64,000 bases of DNA from IMG/VR virus record IMGVR_UViG_3300027974_000025. One strand, given 5' to 3'. Each line of letters opens with the position of its first letter. The stretch's first letter is position 1. A program made the translations under genes and the position numbers. Below, piece after piece: positions 17,852-27,121 of the stretch. Below the pieces are notes generated by a model. That model was given only the letters and a program-made list of their open reading frames with translations. It had not been told where the DNA came from and made no database searches. The DNA is from a virus (lineage: Duplodnaviria; Heunggongvirae; Uroviricota; Caudoviricetes).

Positions 17852-17991
17852 GTTCTCTGTTTAGTATTTTGTCTTTATCTATTACTACTATCTGAGCAGG
17901 TAGTTTTATTCTTCTAAACTCCTCTTCAAGTATCTGTTGTGTCTCTTGCAAATATACTAAATCCTTGAGAGATTCTCTCTCCCAATCATCA

Positions 17992-18222
17992 TTAATTTGT
18001 AGGTTTTTGCTCATCTTTTTTATATTTTTCATTATTCCAAAAATAAGCACAAGCTGTTGTGACAACACCTAGATTAGCATTGTGTTCATCTAGCATCATG
18101 TTTACTTTATATGGAGGTTCTGAGAAAAATGATTGACCTAAAGGTTCAGCTGTTGCTGTATATCTGTGACATTGTAATCTTAGCATACAATGACCACCTT
18201 TGCACATTGAAATATCTGGCAT
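17992..18222 (-). CDS. hypothetical Cys-containing protein (overlaps the alternative ORF 17820..18068)
   Basis: 76 aa: MPDISMCKGGHCMLRLQCHRY... It is unclear which of the two overlapping frames is expressed. Confidence 0.25.
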   Translation of the reverse strand: MPDISMCKGGHCMLRLQCHRYTATAEPLGQSFFSEPPYKVNMMLDEHNANLGVVTTACAYFWNNEKYKKDEQKPTN

Positions 18223-18237
18223 TTTATTTAATTTTAA

Positions 18238-18840
18238 TTATTCTGCTGCATAACCAAAGAATATCCACTCACCATCTCTTTCTGTTGGTGCTTTCTTGTA
18301 TGTTATCTTAGCTACTCTTCTATCACCTTTCTCAAGCACTTTCTCCATATTTATATATGTAGAGGTTTGGTGCTTTTCTGTAATGTCTCTAGCTTTCTTA
18401 ACAGCATCACCTTTAGTAGAAAAAGATCCAATTAGTTGATCATTATAATCATTGAACACTACATATTTAAGAACCCATTTCTTTGTACCAGGTGTTACAA
18501 TGTGCTCCACGTGAGACTTAGTCTTGTTCTTATTAGCAATAGGTTGTCTAATACATATAGCTGAACAATCATATTTGTTCATGTTTTCAAATCTATTACG
18601 TATATAAGCAGATACATCATCAAACTTACTTTTACCATATGCTTCTGTTTCATCTCTGAATCCAGGGGTAGTACTGATAGTACCATTATATCCATCTTGA
18701 TGACCATATTCTTCTTCTGCGTCATCACAAGCTTTTCTATATGCTTCATCTGCTGTTTTACCACTGTATCTTACTTTAAATTGTGTTGCTCCCATAACTA
18801 TCTGTTTAAAATTTGATCTAATTGTTGTTGTGCTTCCCAT
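18238..18840 (-). CDS. hypothetical protein
   Basis: 200-aa ORF. Confidence 0.4.
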   Translation of the reverse strand: MGSTTTIRSNFKQIVMGATQFKVRYSGKTADEAYRKACDDAEEEYGHQDGYNGTISTTPGFRDETEAYGKSKFDDVSAYIRNRFENMNKYDCSAICIRQPIANKNKTKSHVEHIVTPGTKKWVLKYVVFNDYNDQLIGSFSTKGDAVKKARDITEKHQTSTYINMEKVLEKGDRRVAKITYKKAPTERDGEWIFFGYAAE

Positions 18841-18977
18841 CTAGAATAGAATGGACCACTGTGTTTCTTCTTTCTAGGTGTTGTTGTATATATCCACCAA
18901 TTAACCCCTCTTTTTGAGAGAGATCTGCTGGACGATGTCTTTACAGAACTAATTATATATTTTTGATTAGTCATAAA

Positions 18978-19232
18978 TTAATCTTTAATACGTAAACCAA
19001 ACTGTAGGTCAAACCATTGAAAGTTTGCTTCAGCTCTTGCTTTGTTTATTTTAAATACCTTTTTCATCAATGGTATAGCATAAGCTTTGAACTGATCATG
19101 TTGTTCTTGTGTCATAGTCCATTTGCTATACCATTCTCTTGTCATATATGCTTCTTGTGTAGACTTACCAATCATTCCTAATTGATAGTCTACCAAGTGC
19201 TCACCAATATTCTCTCTATTTATCTTTGCCAT
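18978..19232 (-). CDS. hypothetical protein
   Basis: 84-aa ORF immediately downstream of the DNA polymerase gene. Confidence 0.35.
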   Translation of the reverse strand: MAKINRENIGEHLVDYQLGMIGKSTQEAYMTREWYSKWTMTQEQHDQFKAYAIPLMKKVFKINKARAEANFQWFDLQFGLRIKD

Positions 19233-21184
19233 TAGAACAAACTAATTTGATTAGGGTTAACAATGATTTTACGTTTCTTACCCTCTAGTTGTATCTTGTG
19301 TATTATGCGTTCAGCACGCTCAATATAATATGCATGATTGATATTATCTAATGGATGGTCTGGTTTTAGATTGTTGCATACATGCATCACCCAATCACCT
19401 GCTTCCACTTGTGATATATCAACAGCTGTGCTATCTGAATTGTGATTCTTCACCTTCAGTAGCTTCTCTCCTGTATTGGATACATAATATCTAATCAGCT
19501 TATTGTAGACTGTCTTTGTCTCTTTGCTATGACCTTCATAATGAAAGTCTTTACTAGCTTTTTGCCTGAGACAATAGTCATATATATTTGTATGATTGCG
19601 AATGGTGGTAGCCACAGGCACATCATTAACAAAAAACTGCTCCAATGCAATAGGTACAATCCTGGCAGACTTATTTTTGTGTAGTTCAAAGTCTGTAAGG
19701 AAGTCACCCTTCTTTTTGATTTCTCCATTAGTTTTAATTGCTAGATAGTCATTTACTGTAGAGAATATAATCTTAGCATAGTCTGTACGCTCTAGCTCAT
19801 AGCTAGTTAGATCCATCCACCACTTATTAATCTCATGCATCTTATCTATTAGTGATTTCTTAATCCTAATAGTTACACCATCTGTATTTGCAGATATAAC
19901 ATGTATATCAGCTAGTTCATATGCTTCGATGAGCATAAGAAGACTCAGTTCGCCTGTGATAGTGGTAAACATTGTTAGCTGTCTGTCATATATCCAGTTT
20001 TGCATGTCACTAGACTTACCATACACAGAGTTAACTGCAAGTTTAAGAGCACCAACAATACCTGCTATTTTCTTGTCTTTCTTGGCCATTGGTTTGAGTT
20101 CCAACCTTTTATCAAACATTGCTTTGTACCCAAGTAAGAATTCCTTACCCAAGTGACCAGGATATCTACCATTGTTAATGATAATAGCTGGATAATAGCT
20201 AGACACATCCCAATCAATAATTTCATAATCCTCATCAGACTCAAAAATCTTTGGTTTGTTCTCTGTATGAAGGCCACCCTTTGCAAACGTGTACGTATTT
20301 TCATAAAATTGTAATGATTCTTTGAATTCATCCTTCATTGTCAATACCTCTTTGCTAACCTTCTTTAAGAAATCTTTTAGCTTTGGTGTTTGGAATGTAA
20401 TGTAATCAGCTATACAATGTCTCACCTTCACTTCAGTTCTAAACTTACCTTTCTTTGGTAAATCAGAGTATTGTATGTTCTTCTCTTGACAATAGAACTT
20501 CTTAATCATCTCATCACCAATCTTGCTATCAGAATAGTTTAAGCATGGTATACCAAACTCTTCTTCAATGTCTTGTCTCAGCTCTATTTGATTGTTACCC
20601 TTGTACAATGGATGGTCTGTATCACCTGTTGTCACCTTGTAGAACTCATAGGTAGCCATAACATCATTCTTACAATAGTCTTTAGTTAGTTGAATATCAT
20701 CATCAGTCATGTTTGTTTTAGTATGGTGTACTGGCATCTCTTCAATGTTCTCCAGATCCATCTCAAACTCTAACCTTTTTAGTGAGACCATTCTATTCTT
20801 GTTGTCATAGTGATTGATTCTAAACAAATCAATCTGCTTTAGTGTAAGCCATTCTTCTCTGTACTCAGGGAATACATCATAGTTAGCATCATGTATGATA
20901 TCAGCAGCCTTTTGTGCTATCTTAGCAGCTATTTCAAAAGCAGCAAGCTCATGCCAATCATCATAGTTACGCAAGATCCACTCAATCACTTGAGAGTCAA
21001 AGCGTAAGTTATTATAACCAACCCAATAGTATTCAGGGTGTTGTTCAATAAACCTCATATACCCATCTAGTTGGTTCTTATCCTTACTCACTTCAAACTC
21101 TGTATAAGTTTTGCTCTCAGGATTATATATGCCAATGAGGAATAGTTCCTGCATTGTCTCAATATCATAGATGAGTATGTTCAT
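19232..21184 (-). CDS. family B DNA polymerase with a phi29-like motif architecture
   Basis: Exo I sits at the extreme N-terminus (LIYDIET). Exo II is YNNLRFDSQV and Exo III is YCKNDVMATYEF. Pol motif A is DVSSYYPAIII and motif B is KLAVNSVYGKSS (phi29 has KLMLNSLYGKF). The motif C region is ISANTDGV. 650 aa. Confidence 0.75.
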   Translation of the reverse strand: MNILIYDIETMQELFLIGIYNPESKTYTEFEVSKDKNQLDGYMRFIEQHPEYYWVGYNNLRFDSQVIEWILRNYDDWHELAAFEIAAKIAQKAADIIHDANYDVFPEYREEWLTLKQIDLFRINHYDNKNRMVSLKRLEFEMDLENIEEMPVHHTKTNMTDDDIQLTKDYCKNDVMATYEFYKVTTGDTDHPLYKGNNQIELRQDIEEEFGIPCLNYSDSKIGDEMIKKFYCQEKNIQYSDLPKKGKFRTEVKVRHCIADYITFQTPKLKDFLKKVSKEVLTMKDEFKESLQFYENTYTFAKGGLHTENKPKIFESDEDYEIIDWDVSSYYPAIIINNGRYPGHLGKEFLLGYKAMFDKRLELKPMAKKDKKIAGIVGALKLAVNSVYGKSSDMQNWIYDRQLTMFTTITGELSLLMLIEAYELADIHVISANTDGVTIRIKKSLIDKMHEINKWWMDLTSYELERTDYAKIIFSTVNDYLAIKTNGEIKKKGDFLTDFELHKNKSARIVPIALEQFFVNDVPVATTIRNHTNIYDYCLRQKASKDFHYEGHSKETKTVYNKLIRYYVSNTGEKLLKVKNHNSDSTAVDISQVEAGDWVMHVCNNLKPDHPLDNINHAYYIERAERIIHKIQLEGKKRKIIVNPNQISLF

Positions 21185-21320
21185 AGGTTATCTTGTGTAT
21201 GTTTTAAAATACTCTTTAACACACCATTTAATCATATCCCATAGATAATATCTTTGCTTAGACTTAAATAGCTTATAAAAGCCTTCATGAAATGAAAAAT
21301 ACTTATTCATAATTAAAAGT

Positions 21321-21527
21321 TTATTTCTCTTTTTGCTCCAATGTTATAAGAAATGCTGCACTGATAGCATCTAATAAGTAACTATCTTCCATCATAGCTG
21401 ATGCAAATCCTGCAGCTAATATTGATTTATCATCATTATCATCATATAGTGTAGTTACATTACCATCACTTACAGACATAAAGAAATGAGCTTTGAGCTT
21501 GTCTATTTGTTTTTTACTTTTTGCCAT
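21321..21527 (-). CDS. hypothetical early protein
   Basis: 68-aa ORF. Confidence 0.3.
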   Translation of the reverse strand: MAKSKKQIDKLKAHFFMSVSDGNVTTLYDDNDDKSILAAGFASAMMEDSYLLDAISAAFLITLEQKEK

Positions 21528-22168
21528 ATTTGTCTTTTAAACGTTTATATACGTAAATTACCATATATGTCCAGCATATTATTGCTAAGACTATTTGAAT
21601 GTAGAATATTATCATAGATTTATATTATATCTTTCTAAAGAAATGTTCTTGCAGAATCTAATCTCTTTGTTTGTGAGTGTCCATATTTGTCCATCATTCA
21701 TGGCACAAGTAAATAGAAGATTATGCTCCTGGCTATAATCTATAACCAAAAAAGCATAACCTTCCATTTTATCACTCAGCCTTAGGATTGGAATCATTGG
21801 ATTAAGCTGTAGAATCATTTTTATGTGTATTAGTATAATGTGGAGCGTTTATCCATTCAGATATAAGCCATATCCATATCAGTAATACAAAGATAATAAA
21901 ATAAATCATTCTAATAGTTTTTAAATCTAATAAGTTTGTACTCATCAGAACTAATATACATATATCTGCGTCCTTTGATGTGTAAACGTCTAGATGGTGT
22001 ATAATGTGCTTTGACAGCAAATATAACATCTATTAGTTTAGAGCACGCTTTAATGCTCCTTGCATAAGGAGAATCTTGTTGGTTTGGTTCGTAAACCTGG
22101 ATTGTATGTGTGCAATTTGGTTTTGCACTAAAGACTAGGCTGTAAGACATGTGTGTTAGTATTAATGG

Positions 22169-22477
22169 TTAAAAGAAGAATGTCATACCTGTTTCAGATA
22201 TCTCTATTTTTGTAGGCTTTCTAAATGTAACAGATCTGTTAATAGGCATCTTTGTAGATACTGTCTTTGTCACAACTGCTTGACGCTTAGTCTTTTTTGG
22301 TGACATATCTAACATTTTAATGTAGACACCACTAGATTGTCTTTTTAACTCTGCAGCTACAAACTTAGATAACTTAGCTATAGACATAGGTCTTGTAGCA
22401 CGCTTGTTTTCGTCCATCATAAATTTAATCCTTCTTAACTCAAATTTGGAGTAGTTGTTCTGTCCTTTTGCTTTCAT
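22169..22477 (-). CDS. small basic hypothetical protein (Lys/Arg-rich, possibly nucleic-acid-binding)
   Basis: 102 aa with high K/R content. Confidence 0.35.
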   Translation of the reverse strand: MKAKGQNNYSKFELRRIKFMMDENKRATRPMSIAKLSKFVAAELKRQSSGVYIKMLDMSPKKTKRQAVVTKTVSTKMPINRSVTFRKPTKIEISETGMTFFF

Positions 22478-22500
22478 ATATTTGTTTTTAATGAATTACT

Positions 22501-22533
22501 TAAATAAAAAGCCCCACATTTCTGCAGGGCTTT
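22501..22533 (-). terminator. rho-independent terminator (minus strand)
   Basis: Hairpin aagcccc...gggctt (22509-22532). On the minus strand it is followed by TTTTTATTTA. Confidence 0.5.
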
Positions 22534-22552
22534 CGCTTACTAACCACACTAC

Positions 22553-22762
22553 CTAACCTAACCTTAATTTCTTATCGTTTAAATCATTTATTAACTTATA
22601 CCATGTATTTATGTCTATATGCTCTTGTGGTGTAGCAGTAGACTTAAGCTTTATCTCAAGCTTTAATGGCTGTTCTTCAGGCTTCTTACCTTCAAATAAA
22701 ATTTCATATAATCTCTTCATTTCTTTGGTTTTTAATGAGTTATTCTGTTTCATGGTCTGCAT
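22553..22762 (-). CDS. hypothetical early protein
   Basis: 69-aa ORF. Confidence 0.3.
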   Translation of the reverse strand: MQTMKQNNSLKTKEMKRLYEILFEGKKPEEQPLKLEIKLKSTATPQEHIDINTWYKLINDLNDKKLRLG

Positions 22763-23312
22763 CTGTTAGTTCAGGATCATGGTCTGTTAAATCATCCTCA
22801 TCTATATCATCCTCATATTCTTCGTCATCATCATCCCAACCTTCTTCATGCTCATCTACAAAGGTTACATGTCTCATAGTCACCTTATTATGAAAGAACA
22901 CTACATTTCTATGTATGCCTTCTTCATCTTCAGAGTCAAAGACTTCTAATGCTATGTAACCATCCTCACCTTCTTCGCCATAGATATATGCATTGATGAT
23001 GTCAACAGTGAGATCTTCTAGGTCATCAGCAGTATCACCTTGGTCCCACCAACCTATTTGTTCAGGTGTGGCAAGGATTTCTTCTTTATCATCTAGATTC
23101 TGTGTTGGCATAACAATGTATGGCTCAACAGGAGCACCATTCATAGACATATAATGATACATGTCATTTGGTATCTCTTTTAGTTCATATATGGTAAAGT
23201 AGTTATATACTCTACCTAAGAGCACATCACTGTGTTCTTTCTTAAACCACATGCCCTTTTCTAATTGCTTGGGCATGTATGATTTGAGTACAAGCTTGGC
23301 TAATGTAAACAT
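22740..23312 (-). CDS. highly acidic early protein (candidate DNA mimic)
   Basis: 190 aa. The C-terminal half is about 40% Asp/Glu (...EGWDDDDEEYEDDIDEDDLTDHDPELTDADHETE). Confidence 0.45.
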   Translation of the reverse strand: MFTLAKLVLKSYMPKQLEKGMWFKKEHSDVLLGRVYNYFTIYELKEIPNDMYHYMSMNGAPVEPYIVMPTQNLDDKEEILATPEQIGWWDQGDTADDLEDLTVDIINAYIYGEEGEDGYIALEVFDSEDEEGIHRNVVFFHNKVTMRHVTFVDEHEEGWDDDDEEYEDDIDEDDLTDHDPELTDADHETE

Positions 23313-23455
23313 ATCGTGTGTTTTTAGTGTCTGTTAGCAAATATAGGTTATTTGTGTTAAAAATAAGGACCCAGCCAGGGGAAGCTGAGCCCTATCTCAC
23401 ACAAACTAACCACTAATATTGTATTGTAATAAAGTCTGGTAGTTCGTTCATTGTA

Positions 23456-23677
23456 TTATGGTTTAAAGAGTGACATGTCATCTTCTTCACCAGAGCTCAA
23501 TCCATATAATATGGAAGCAATAAGACAATAGAAGAACATAATTGTAATCCATAATGGGGAAGTCACAGCAGCTGTATAGCTGAATGAGAACCACGTAAGC
23601 AGGTTAAAGAACCCTAATAGAATGAAAGGAATGCTCCATAGGAACATAATGTTAATGAGATGCTTGATTAGTTTCAT
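23456..23677 (-). CDS. small membrane protein (2 predicted TM helices)
   Basis: 73 aa with hydrophobic stretches MFLWSIPFILLGFFNLLTWF and ITIMFFYCLIASILYGL. Confidence 0.4.
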   Translation of the reverse strand: MKLIKHLINIMFLWSIPFILLGFFNLLTWFSFSYTAAVTSPLWITIMFFYCLIASILYGLSSGEEDDMSLFKP

Positions 23678-23810
23678 AATCGTGTGTTTTAGTTTGTGTG
23701 TTGGTTAATAATAGGCTTCACACCTATTTGGATGTTTGGTAATCCACATCTAACTTGCATTGGTTCATATTAAGGACCTCTACCTATGCTACATACCTAT
23801 ATTAAAATCT

Positions 23811-24005
23811 CTATAATGTCTTGACCATAACCATAATAGAATAACTATTACTCTCACCATACATCCAATTAACTTCTATAACTCTATATATCTTATAACT
23901 ATCATAAGGAAGATGTATATTGTCTCCTAGTCTAGGTATATGAATGATATCTCTATCTACCCATAGTTCATGATCGTCATCTGTTCTGATTGCTAATTGT
24001 GGCAT
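23811..24005 (-). CDS. hypothetical early protein
   Basis: 64-aa ORF. Confidence 0.3.
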   Translation of the reverse strand: MPQLAIRTDDDHELWVDRDIIHIPRLGDNIHLPYDSYKIYRVIEVNWMYGESNSYSIMVMVKTL

Positions 24006-24234
24006 AATATCTATTTAATGCTATATATATTGTATTGTATAGCGTGAATTAATGATGTGTTAATATGTGGGAATAAGTGGTAATTAAGTACACAGCTCTT
24101 CTCACATTCACACAGAATATATTGAGAATCAATGTGTTAGTCAGTGTTATTCCCACCCAAACGTGTACATTACACCCACCCTTATATATAATAAGAGAGC
24201 AACGTCCTTTATTAGAACGTTACTCTCTATTAGT

Positions 24235-24618
24235 TTAGAATGCTACTGACAACAAGCTGTTGATTGCAGATTCTGTTAAGCCTGCACTGCTTGCTTGTGC
24301 TTTGATTTCCTGTTGGATTTCAATGTCAAGCAATGTGCTGTCAGCGTGAGCTTGCTTAATCTCTTCACGAGACTTGAATGCACTCAAAGCTGTAAGTCTA
24401 TCAGCTGTGCCAATAGTCTCGCCCTTCTCATTCAATTGGTTGATTTGCTTCATCTGACCAATTGCGTAGAATGGGAATGTTACGTCAGCGTTGCTCTTCC
24501 AACTTAAGGCTTCCATCTGTCTGCCAAAAATGTGGACTCTCTCGCCCAAAGCTGTGTAACCACTGAAGTTGCCATTTGCAGTAAAACTGCCATTGTTGAT
24601 AACGTAATTTTTTGTCAT
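24235..24618 (-). CDS. hypothetical protein, first gene of the leftward early arm
   Basis: 127-aa ORF beginning right at the divergent switch region. Confidence 0.45.
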   Translation of the reverse strand: MTKNYVINNGSFTANGNFSGYTALGERVHIFGRQMEALSWKSNADVTFPFYAIGQMKQINQLNEKGETIGTADRLTALSAFKSREEIKQAHADSTLLDIEIQQEIKAQASSAGLTESAINSLLSVAF

Positions 24619-24770
24619 CTGTTTGTTTTTTAATTTGTTAATTAATTAATTAGGGGGGATGTGTCGTTCCCCCAATTTGTATGGGGGGTTGTGATATGGA
24701 GAAGGCTACACTCCCATGGACACAAAGGGTGTGGGGGGCTGGGAAAATTTTGGGCTATAAGCAGGGGAAT

Positions 24771-24784
24771 GTTCCACGTGGAAC
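24771..24784. promoter_or_regulatory. perfect 14-bp palindrome GTTCCACGTGGAAC (candidate operator) in the divergent switch region
   Basis: Read directly from the sequence. The flanks extend it to about an 18-bp imperfect palindrome. It lies between the oppositely transcribed gene arms. Confidence 0.45.
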
Positions 24785-24936
24785 GTTTGTTACCTTTTTA
24801 TATAAATATGTAACAAGTTTGGTCAAGGGATGGCTTTACAAAAATAAATTTGGTGGGTATAAAGATTTACCATTATCTTTGGGGGGGATTTAGGGGGGGC
24901 CCTATCTAATACCTCTCTATTAATAAAAGCTTAGAC

Positions 24937-25185
24937 ATGGAAATGATTTTAACATTGGTTGGTTGTATTGTTGGTCTCTTGAGTGTAATTGTTTGTATAT
25001 GGGGATTCACCCATTTTGATGAATGGGAAATAGGGATAGAGTTTCTACCTAAAGACTACAACAACTTTGAACTAGGTGTCACTAATAGAAACTATGAGTT
25101 GACAGATGGAGGATTGGAACAAGAGCTTAGAATAGGTGTGTTGTTATTCACCTTTTTAATCATCTTCAGGAGATTTGATGCATAA
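24937..25185 (+). CDS. small membrane protein
   Basis: 82 aa with a TM-like N-terminus (ILTLVGCIVGLLSVIVCIWGF) and a TM-like C-terminus. Confidence 0.3.
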   Translation: MEMILTLVGCIVGLLSVIVCIWGFTHFDEWEIGIEFLPKDYNNFELGVTNRNYELTDGGLEQELRIGVLLFTFLIIFRRFDA

Positions 25186-25263
25186 TATAGCATTAAGTTT
25201 TACAATAACTAAATTAGTTATTTGTAGATCGTCCAGATATACATATCTTTGTATTAACTAATT

Positions 25264-25614
25264 ATGGAAGCAAAACCAATTGTACAACGACTAAAAACTT
25301 CAATAGAAGATGTCATTCCTATGGCTGAGAAGTATTACAAGATATTGTCAGCTGTGAATGAATTGAAGCTTACAAAGAGGGAAATACAATTGATAGCCTT
25401 TGCTGCTATAAAAGGGAACATCTCTTATGCTAACATACGTAAGGAGTTTTGTGAATTGTACAATAGTACGTCCCCAGCGATAAACAACATTATTTCCAAA
25501 TTAAAGAAGATGGGGATATTTGTGAAGGATGGTACAAAGGTGAAGGTGAACCCCATCATTCTGCTCAACTTCGAAAAGGATATAGTGCTACAAATTACAT
25601 TAACACATGGATAA
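25264..25614 (+). CDS. hypothetical protein, possibly a DNA-binding regulator
   Basis: 116-aa ORF, the first gene of the rightward arm. Confidence 0.4.
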   Translation: MEAKPIVQRLKTSIEDVIPMAEKYYKILSAVNELKLTKREIQLIAFAAIKGNISYANIRKEFCELYNSTSPAINNIISKLKKMGIFVKDGTKVKVNPIILLNFEKDIVLQITLTHG

Positions 25615-25993
25615 GCCTATAAGTATGTCTGTCAAGGACTACCTAGTTAGGACCCTTGCTGTGAAGATGATGATCTCTGAAAAGACGATTGAGACAGTGG
25701 TAAATCACCAGTTTCAATCTGCCAACGAAGCGATGGACACAAATAACAGTATTGAAATATCTGGGTTTGGGAAGTTTTACTTTAATGAGAAGAAAGCTAA
25801 GAAACGTCTAGAAGACTTGACTAGGAAGAAAAACCTAATGCTTGAGTTCCTAGCCAGTGCTGAAACCTCTGAACAAAAGAAACGTTCCTCTCAGGTGACA
25901 CTAGAAAAAACAGAAGCTCTGATCAATCTTTTAAAAAGTAAAATTACATATGAAGATCAACTTCTCTCAGATTTACGAGGGCTGGAAGAATAA
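25607..25993 (+). CDS. HU/IHF-like DNA-binding protein
   Basis: SVKDYLVRTLAVKMMISEKTIETVV...SIEISGFGKFYFNEKKAKKR follows the HU pattern (...LVGFGTFxVxxRxAR). Confidence 0.5.
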   Translation: MDKPISMSVKDYLVRTLAVKMMISEKTIETVVNHQFQSANEAMDTNNSIEISGFGKFYFNEKKAKKRLEDLTRKKNLMLEFLASAETSEQKKRSSQVTLEKTEALINLLKSKITYEDQLLSDLRGLEE

Positions 25994-26012
25994 CCTGTTC
26001 CCAGCTGATGAC

Positions 26013-26297
26013 ATGAAAGAACAAATTACAGCAATTAGCCAACAGCGTATGGCTATCTGTGATGCCTGTGAATGGTGTTCTGAAAACAGACCTAAGAAAC
26101 CTAGAAGGTTTGATAAGCATTGTACCCATTGTGGCTGCACTCTAGCAGCAAAAACTAAGTGTTTATCTTGTGCTTGCCCTATAGAAAAGTGGGTGGCAGA
26201 GATGGAATCAAGAGAAGATGAAGAACAATTAATACAAACAGTATATGGAAAACAAGGAAGTGAAGATTCAGAAGATTCCACTGGACGCTCTAATTGA
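26013..26297 (+). CDS. Cys-rich zinc-ribbon protein (start chosen at an internal ATG to avoid overlapping the HU-like gene)
   Basis: CDACEWC...CTHCGC...CLSCAC gives multiple CxxC pairs. Confidence 0.4.
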   Translation: MKEQITAISQQRMAICDACEWCSENRPKKPRRFDKHCTHCGCTLAAKTKCLSCACPIEKWVAEMESREDEEQLIQTVYGKQGSEDSEDSTGRSN

Positions 26298-26508
26298 GAC
26301 GTTAGTTAGCCTTTATAATCAAGGAATAGATTATATTGACATATCTGGAACACCAGGTACTGATTTTGATAGTATGGCAATTGTGTTCACAAAAGACTAT
26401 ATGACAGAAGAAGGAAAGAAAAACTTTATAGAAGATGATGATAATGAGATAGACTTGGAGATTGGTCCAAGCAAACTAACAGATGACGATATAAACCAGT
26501 TAATATAA
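26245..26508 (+). CDS. hypothetical protein
   Basis: 87-aa ORF with an acidic C-terminus. Confidence 0.35.
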   Translation: MENKEVKIQKIPLDALIETLVSLYNQGIDYIDISGTPGTDFDSMAIVFTKDYMTEEGKKNFIEDDDNEIDLEIGPSKLTDDDINQLI

Positions 26509-26517
26509 TAAAGAACA

Positions 26518-26802
26518 ATGAGTAAGAAAACTCACTATACAGATGTTATTTCTATTCTACAGGAACTAAATAAAGACTTCCCTACATACAATTTGGGAAG
26601 ACACTTAGCTACAGCTCTTGATGGATATGGTGACATTTGGGGTATAACAGACAAAGAATTAGCATTTGCTCTTAGCAAATATAAGTCTGAAATAGAAATG
26701 GACGTTCCTCATACAGAGGATTCTGAATTAGAAAAGATAATTAAAGAGGGCATGGACCTTGATAACATTCTAAAAGAGGAGGAAGAAGATGGCGACTATT
26801 AA
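26518..26802 (+). CDS. hypothetical protein
   Basis: 94-aa ORF. Confidence 0.35.
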   Translation: MSKKTHYTDVISILQELNKDFPTYNLGRHLATALDGYGDIWGITDKELAFALSKYKSEIEMDVPHTEDSELEKIIKEGMDLDNILKEEEEDGDY

Positions 26803-27121
26803 GAAAACTACATACATAAATACAGAGCTTGAATGGGCTGAAGCACAACTTCTTTCCTGGAAAGCTTATGTAAACGCTAACCCACTGCATGAACTAAAGG
26901 ATAGAATTGAGTGGAAACCCACAGCTAAAGGAGGCATGTTACCTATGGTCATAGCATCTATTGAAGCACAGGGTAAGTTTGTACAAGAGACTATGAAGAA
27001 CTACCTAGCCCTAGTGGAAGTGGTAGATAAGTTAAGAAACATGGAAGAAGCTAAGGTGGAAGTGAGAGGAAAAGGTGAGTTATCAGGAGCAGCTGCTGAG
27101 TTCTTAGCAAATAGAAAATGA
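26789..27121 (+). CDS. hypothetical protein, a positional candidate for the terminase small subunit
   Basis: 110 aa. It lies directly upstream of the terminase large subunit and overlaps it by 4 nt. Confidence 0.3.
   Translation: MATIKKTTYINTELEWAEAQLLSWKAYVNANPLHELKDRIEWKPTAKGGMLPMVIASIEAQGKFVQETMKNYLALVEVVDKLRNMEEAKVEVRGKGELSGAAAEFLANRK

Noticed and set aside
24194-24228. 13-bp imperfect hairpin agagagcaacgt...aacgttactctct downstream of gene 24235..24618. Also the distant inverted repeat gtgggaataa...ttattcccac (24067-24156).
   Set aside because: They could be a minus-strand terminator or structured RNA. The following tract (TATTATATATAAG) is not a clean U-run, so the evidence is too weak to call.
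24681-24893. 70-aa plus-strand ORF (MGGCDMEKATLPWTQRVWGAGK...) in the switch region.
   Set aside because: Its Gly/Trp-rich composition simply reflects the G-tracts. The region is better explained as regulatory DNA. There is no coding periodicity.
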